DNA of 64,000 bases from Azolla caroliniana (lineage: Eukaryota > Plantae > Polypodiophyta), in assembly GCA_043228905.1 (NCBI GenBank), contig JBHGNT010000010.1:2604001-2668000 (forward strand), read 5' to 3'. Below, one piece after another: positions 58,471 to 64,000 of the stretch. The number at the start of each line of letters is the position of its first letter. Position 1 is the first letter of the stretch. The position numbers were made by a program, and so were the translations under genes. A model generated the notes under the pieces. It was not told the DNA's origin. It searched no databases and worked only from the letters and a program-made list of their open reading frames with translations.

Positions 58471-61400
58471 TTACTCTTCGCCTGCCGGCCCTTCCTCGGC
58501 CTCGGGTCGGTCGTCGCTGCTGTCCAGGAGAATCGGGTCGGGTTCGTCGTCGTGCCGCTTCTTGAAAGCTTTGATCCTCTTCCCGGCCACGGGTATCGCT
58601 ATTCTCGTACCGTCGAGTTCCGCCAGATGATACGTCCCGTTGTCGTTGGCGCTCTGTACCGTGTACGGCCCGAACCATCTCCGTGCGAACTTCCGCGTTG
58701 CTCGGTGCTGGTTGTCGAGGCTGCTGTCATAGACGAGCACCCAGTCACCTTCTTCGATCTTCTTCGGTCGGAGTCGGTGCGTTCGGTCGAACCTGGCTTT
58801 GTTCTTTATCCTCGCCACCCGGATCTTTTCTGCAGCCGTCTCCACGTCCTCCGGTCTCCGCTCGAGTTGTCGTATACGCGCTGCCAACAACTCCTCCCGG
58901 CTCATCTCGTCCCTCCAGTCGACCGTTGCCCACGAGGAGATTGTTCGTTCCATCGGCATGATCGGCTTCTGGCCGAACATGAGCTCTGTCGGCATGTACC
59001 CGGTTACCGAACTGTGCGTAGTCCGGTCGGCCCACAAAGCATAAGGTAGAAGTCGCGGCCAGTTACCGACTTGGCCTCCGCATGCCCGAACCAGCGCCTT
59101 AACGATCGGCCCGTGTCCGCGCTCCACCTTTCCATTCGCCTCCGGGTTGTACGCAGTGGTGAGCGAGAGCTTGACTCCCAGCCGATCGAACAGCTCCGCG
59201 GCTTCCTCGGCGTCCAACTCCCCTCGGTCAGCCACGATCTTCCCGACACACCCGTACCGGCATATCACGTCCTCGATCAGGAACCGACACACGGCCGCGG
59301 TCGTCTTGTTCTGAAGGGCTCGGCCTTCCACCTGGTTCGTCAGGTCTTCCCGCGCTAGGACCAGATACCGCATCTGTCCTACCCCCATCGGCATCGTCAC
59401 CAGGTCTACCATCCATTTGAAGTGGATAGTCGGAGGGTACGTAGGGTGAAGCCCGTCCCGGTGTCGGACTATCGAGTGCATCTGACAACTCTCGCAAGTT
59501 GACACGAACCGATGCACGTCCCGGTACAATCCCGGCCACCAGTACTTCCCCTTCAGCTTCTCAAACGTCGCCCACGTTCCACGGTGTCCAGCCCAAGGGC
59601 TGTCGTGGTAGGCCGCCAGTAGCTCCTCCTGTTCTTCCTTCATCGCCACCACCCGGAGCGGGACGCCGTTCCTCTTCTTCGGGTGCTTCCACAAATGCCC
59701 ATCTCGGAGAAAGAATCGATATGCTTTCTTCCGGATCCGGTTGGCCTCGTCCTTTGTCCATGACGCATCGGGCGTCATTGTCTTCAAAAACCCGCCGATC
59801 TGCAGCCACTCCCCGTCGTACTTGCTCGCGTCGAACTCGTTAAGCGCCGGAGTGCTCATCCCGTCGGTCGTTATGTACGCAGTCTCGAAGAAGTCCACGC
59901 CGACCTCTTCGTCCTTCGAAACCATGCCGTCCTCGTTATCGAATCTCGCCCTTGAAAGCATGTCGGCCATGGCGTTGTCTTTCCCGGAAATGTGTCGTAT
60001 TACCGGGTCTAGGGACTTGATATACGCTATCCACCTGAGCATTGCCAGGTCCGGCGTCGCGCATCCGGAAACCATGCCGAGGATCGGCATGCAATCCGTC
60101 TCTATGATTACCTCCGTCCCGATCAGATAGTCTTTGTCGGCCTTCACCGCCGAAACGATACCCCAGAGTTCGCGTTTAACCTGGGCGTATCCTCGCTGCC
60201 GTTCGCTGAGGACCTTCGCGCCGAAACGGATCGGAAACCGGTTGCCGTCCTCGTCTTCTTGGTTGATGACCCACCCGATTCCGGTCGGACTCGTGTCAAC
60301 CGTTATGTACACTGGGGTGCCCTTCCCGTAGACGGCCTTTCGGAGCGCCGGTGCTGCCGAAAGAGCCTCCTTCAGCTTCCGGACCGACTCCGTGTGCTTG
60401 TCTAGCCATTCGAATCTTCGCCCTTTCCTCAGTAATCCGTATAGCGGCTCCGCAACGTGGGCGTAATGCGGGATCCATATGTGGTAGAATGCGCATGCCC
60501 CCAGGAATCTTCGTACTTCCGTGACCGAGCTGCAGTCGGGCTTCATCGCGGAGATGGCTTCTACCTTTGCCGGAGACGGTTTCCGGCCGTATGGTCCGCA
60601 CAGGTGTCCGACCACCATGATTTCTGACTGCCCGAAGGCCGACTTCTCCCCGGAGAAGGTGAGTCTCGCATCCTCTAGCCTTTGCAGCACCTTCTCGCAG
60701 TCGTCGATGTGCGTCGCCACGAATCGCCGGCATCCGTCCGTCCCGATCGTCTCGTCCTTTTCTTCCACCAGGCATCCCTTGATCGGGATGTCGTCCAGAA
60801 ACGGCATGGTGATGTCCGGGATACAATCCCTCAGAACCTTGTTCATCGCATTCACCATGTGGGCCACCGAGTTGGTCCCTCCTTGCGGCAGTGTACACAT
60901 CCGAACTAGGCCGAGGGGAGTTCGCATCGTCGTAATGACTCTGCTCTCCACGGCTAGCTGGAACTGGTCGTACCCTGAGTATAGATCCCCGACCGAGTAA
61001 ATTGACCTTCCGGCGAAGGCCTCCGCGAACTCGTCTATGGTCGGTCCGATCCCTGCGTTCCGAATGGTCACTCGATTGACCGGCTGCAGGTCCTGGATGA
61101 AGCGCAACGAACCGTTTTTCTTCGGTACGGTAAACCATCGATTCGAATATGGGGCGCTCGACGGCTCGAGAATTCCCATATCAACTTTCTGCCTCAACAG
61201 CTCCATCAACTTCGGGATGTGAGCTCTCGGAACCGGGATTGGCTTGAGATTCCATGGTACATGCGGTACCGTGAATATCACCATCGGCTCCACGATCGTC
61301 GGGTCAACGCACCCGATTTCCTCCGGCGAGAATGCGAAGGCTTTCCCGTGCTTTCCGAGCATTCTCCGAAACCGGTCTTCCTCCGCCGGCAGTAGGAACC

Positions 61401-61968
61401 CGCCCCCACCGATTTTGAGCTCTCGGAGCGTCTCGTCGGTGAAGGTGTGCCCTATGCAGGCCGGATCTCGTAGACTAGGGTCCGATGCAACCCCTTTGAT
61501 TCTCGACGCGCTGTCCTCCGGTAAGGGTGCCGCGACTGGCCTTACCTTCCGGTCCACAGTCTTGTACTTGGTACTTACGTGGGCCGTCCAAACTGACTCG
61601 AGCCCTCGACCGAAGTCCGCGATGACTTCGTACATCTCCTCGGAACACACCGGTATCGTCCGGTCTTCGTTAAGGCCTTCTTCGACTACCTTTCCCAGCA
61701 TTCCCAAGGTGTCGTCGAATGAGACCGCCTCCACGGCTCCGTTGATTTCCTCGTCAGGGCCGAGAACTCCGCACGCTCGAAGTCTCCCCTCCGCCTTTGT
61801 CTTCTCTCGGCCGCCGATGCCGACTATCGTACACGCTCCGCTGTCGGAGAACAAAAATTCCCTACCTACGGTACAAGGTTTCTTCGGTTTTATCGTACAG
61901 GTGTGGGGTTTTCTCGGGGTGTCCGGACTGTCGCGGCCCCACGCCTTGGCAGCCCTCTCTAAAAATCC
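58471..61968 (-). CDS. Element H ORF2 (RT-RNase H-integrase), entered by a predicted -1 frameshift at 61962-61968
   Basis: The 1127-aa ORF extends without a stop up to the GGATTTT site; PFLDDIPIKG, DTSPTG, HHCC/DDE, GPY, acidic tail. Confidence 0.92.
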   Translation of the reverse strand, partial: GFLERAAKAWGRDSPDTPRKPHTCTIKPKKPCTVGREFLFSDSGACTIVGIGGREKTKAEGRLRACGVLGPDEEINGAVEAVSFDDTLGMLGKVVEEGLNEDRTIPVCSEEMYEVIADFGRGLESVWTAHVSTKYKTVDRKVRPVAAPLPEDSASRIKGVASDPSLRDPACIGHTFTDETLRELKIGGGGFLLPAEEDRFRRMLGKHGKAFAFSPEEIGCVDPTIVEPMVIFTVPHVPWNLKPIPVPRAHIPKLMELLRQKVDMGILEPSSAPYSNRWFTVPKKNGSLRFIQDLQPVNRVTIRNAGIGPTIDEFAEAFAGRSIYSVGDLYSGYDQFQLAVESRVITTMRTPLGLVRMCTLPQGGTNSVAHMVNAMNKVLRDCIPDITMPFLDDIPIKGCLVEEKDETIGTDGCRRFVATHIDDCEKVLQRLEDARLTFSGEKSAFGQSEIMVVGHLCGPYGRKPSPAKVEAISAMKPDCSSVTEVRRFLGACAFYHIWIPHYAHVAEPLYGLLRKGRRFEWLDKHTESVRKLKEALSAAPALRKAVYGKGTPVYITVDTSPTGIGWVINQEDEDGNRFPIRFGAKVLSERQRGYAQVKRELWGIVSAVKADKDYLIGTEVIIETDCMPILGMVSGCATPDLAMLRWIAYIKSLDPVIRHISGKDNAMADMLSRARFDNEDGMVSKDEEVGVDFFETAYITTDGMSTPALNEFDASKYDGEWLQIGGFLKTMTPDASWTKDEANRIRKKAYRFFLRDGHLWKHPKKRNGVPLRVVAMKEEQEELLAAYHDSPWAGHRGTWATFEKLKGKYWWPGLYRDVHRFVSTCESCQMHSIVRHRDGLHPTYPPTIHFKWMVDLVTMPMGVGQMRYLVLAREDLTNQVEGRALQNKTTAAVCRFLIEDVICRYGCVGKIVADRGELDAEEAAELFDRLGVKLSLTTAYNPEANGKVERGHGPIVKALVRACGGQVGNWPRLLPYALWADRTTHSSVTGYMPTELMFGQKPIMPMERTISSWATVDWRDEMSREELLAARIRQLERRPEDVETAAEKIRVARIKNKARFDRTHRLRPKKIEEGDWVLVYDSSLDNQHRATRKFARRWFGPYTVQSANDNGTYHLAELDGTRIAIPVAGKRIKAFKKRHDDEPDPILLDSSDDRPEAEEGPAGEE

Positions 61969-64000
61969 TCTCGGTTATCGGAACCGAGGGAGTCGCGGTT
62001 ACGCTCGTGGTTCGGCCTAACCGTCAAAAACTGGACCGAATGGCGCCCGTCCTGGCTCTTGACCCGCGCATAGGCCGAACCATTGTCCAGCACCTTGGTC
62101 TCCATCCGAGCCGCCGTGATGTACGGCTCTCCCAGTATGACGGGGTGCGATGACGACTCCTGCACGAAGAAGTGCTGGTCTATCTCGACATCGCCGATCT
62201 TGACCCGTACATTCGGGCAGGCCCCGTGAAGTTCCTCGGTGGCGCGCGTCGCCGCCCTTATCTTCCACCCGTGCTTGGTGTTGATCGGCCATTTGCCCTT
62301 CTTATAGAAGTCCATGGACATCAGGTTGATTTCCGATCCGTGGTCCACCAAAGCTACTACCGGTTCCTGGACATCGCCGATCTTTACCGGGGTTTCCGTG
62401 GTCGCTCGGGCCCAGTGTGGCCGCGAATAGTGGCTCTCCGCCCACTCGTCTTCCAGCGCCATGTCGTCCAGGTGCGCCGTCCGCACCTCTACCGGTCTTT
62501 CCGGTTCCTCCTCCGTCGACAGCCTCTTCCGCTTGACCAAGTCCACGATGGAGTCGTGGAACTCTTTCTTCGCGATTCCGAGCACCTCCCGTAATGACAG
62601 CTCCACCTTGCTGTCGAGGATCCGCTCCTCTAGGACCTTTCGTAAGTCCGTGGTTCTTTCTATCTCCGTCCCCAGACGGTACCCGCCCTTCTGGGGTTTA
62701 TCTTGCGTACCGGCCCCGCCGGCTTCGTCCCGTCGTGGCCCGGACCGGGTCTCGTATCGTTGTGAGGGCCCGGTCATCCCGGGTTTCCCCACCCGCTTCT
62801 CTTCTACCAGAGCCTCGTAGTTCCGGCAAGCGGCTTCCACGAAGCCCGTCTTTTCCTCGACCGGGTCGCTCCACCCGGTCATCTCCCGTACCCGTTTCTC
62901 CGCACGGTCCGATTCCTCCCTTTTAAGCCCGGCACCGGCAAGGCCTTCCAGCATCGTCGGCCAGAATCCGGCTTTGCTTTCCTTTCGGGCCTCGCCGCCC
63001 CCGACTCGAATACCGGCCGACGCCGAGTAGTGGACGGTTTCCGCATGTCGGGCCGCCGCCTCTTCCATCAACCTCTTCATTCCGCCTCGCCCGTCGTTTC
63101 GGTTTAGGGCCCTTCTCGTGTCGTTGGCGTGAACCCGGCCTTCCCATAGGTACACCACCCGGTTCCTCAGCGCCTCTGCGAAGTCGCCGCAGTCTTTTCG
63201 GATGTGGCCGACCCCGTCGCACCACATGCACCTGTTCCCTGCCGCCGGCCGTCGGTCACGAGCAGGTCCTCCGCCTTCTCTGCGGGCTTGTGCGATTTGG
63301 AGGTCTTTTATCGCCCTCGTCAGTTCCTCCAACGCAGCTCCTCCAGTCGAGCCTCTGATCACGCCGGTCGCAGCTGAACCGGATTCCAGCCACTCCCGAG
63401 TCTCTTCCCTTCGCACCGGCTGCGCCGGCTCGAGTTTCCTCGCCGCAACTGAGCCCGACCCGGTTGCTCTGTCATCCTCCCATTCTCGCCGTTTGTCGAA
63501 ACGGCCGCAGGCTCTCTTGACCGCCGCCCAGTCGGCTGTCAGCCCGTCTTCGGTCTCTAGCAGGGCGCCCACGTGACTCCGATCCCTCTCGTCAACCGAT
63601 TTGACGAACAGCAGGACCCGGCTTGTATCCAGGACCATCCTGTCAAGCGCTGAAAGGCGCGCGAAGTTCTCCTCGAACTCCCGGAGGAGTGCCGACGCAT
63701 TCCTTCCTTTCCCGGGAGACTCCACCCACTCCATGAAGCTTCGCTTCGAAAGCCGGAGCGCGTCGTCCAGTCCGTATTTTTCCAGGAGCCGACCTTCGAA
63801 CTCCACCCAGGTACGGCTCTCCGCCCGCACCTCGAGCACCTCCGCGTGGATGCTCGGCATCGCCACTCGGGGAAAACCGGCAAGACACCTGTCTTCCGGA
63901 ATGTCCCGCATTAACATTTCCGCACCGTAGGACGCCAGGTACTTCGTGGCATCTTTTCCGGTGAATCGACCGATCGTTCCGACGACCGCCTCAATAGCTC
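61959..64000 (-). CDS. Element H ORF1 (Gag-protease), 5' end beyond the window
   Basis: CMWCDGVGHIRKDC, ALVDHGSEINLM; ends ...NREDF*. Confidence 0.92.
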   Translation of the reverse strand, partial: AIEAVVGTIGRFTGKDATKYLASYGAEMLMRDIPEDRCLAGFPRVAMPSIHAEVLEVRAESRTWVEFEGRLLEKYGLDDALRLSKRSFMEWVESPGKGRNASALLREFEENFARLSALDRMVLDTSRVLLFVKSVDERDRSHVGALLETEDGLTADWAAVKRACGRFDKRREWEDDRATGSGSVAARKLEPAQPVRREETREWLESGSAATGVIRGSTGGAALEELTRAIKDLQIAQARREGGGPARDRRPAAGNRCMWCDGVGHIRKDCGDFAEALRNRVVYLWEGRVHANDTRRALNRNDGRGGMKRLMEEAAARHAETVHYSASAGIRVGGGEARKESKAGFWPTMLEGLAGAGLKREESDRAEKRVREMTGWSDPVEEKTGFVEAACRNYEALVEEKRVGKPGMTGPSQRYETRSGPRRDEAGGAGTQDKPQKGGYRLGTEIERTTDLRKVLEERILDSKVELSLREVLGIAKKEFHDSIVDLVKRKRLSTEEEPERPVEVRTAHLDDMALEDEWAESHYSRPHWARATTETPVKIGDVQEPVVALVDHGSEINLMSMDFYKKGKWPINTKHGWKIRAATRATEELHGACPNVRVKIGDVEIDQHFFVQESSSHPVILGEPYITAARMETKVLDNGSAYARVKSQDGRHSVQFLTVRPNHERNRDSLGSDNREDF

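Larger units (their letters stand above)
57682..64000 (-). mobile_element. Element H: B-family gypsy with intact ORFs; 3' LTR 57682-58398; 5' end outside the window
   Basis: TG..CA LTR, PPT, and uninterrupted ORF1 and ORF2. Confidence 0.94.

Overview
Plant nuclear DNA, probably from a seed-free land plant such as a fern, lycophyte or bryophyte (inferred from the retroelement lineages). Bases 1-5.8 kb hold the 5' half of a minus-strand, intron-containing SEUSS/SEUSS-like co-regulator gene and its promoter. A decayed L1 LINE lies at about 8.9-12.5 kb. The remaining ~51 kb consists of nested LTR retrotransposons that can be resolved by their target-site duplications (TSDs). Left nest: gypsy F > solo LTR J > copia A > gypsy B > copia C and copia D, with copia E also inside F. 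Right nest: copia fragment L > chromovirus K > copia M > gypsy G > LTR I > gypsy H, with the closing halves outside the window. C and D have uninterrupted polyproteins, and H's ORFs are intact as far as seen. Four signals stand out. (1) tRNA-like box A/box B (Pol III promoter) cassettes sit in the LTRs of two unrelated gypsy lineages in the same outward-facing geometry. (2) A conserved G_GAU_UUU plus pseudoknot -1 frameshift lies between protease and RT in a tRNA-Trp-primed, fungal-like gypsy family. (3) All five visible insertions of that LTR group have a 4-bp target centred on CpG. (4) Divergent copia families share a conserved set of hairpins around the PPT. Coordinates and mismatch counts were read by eye.
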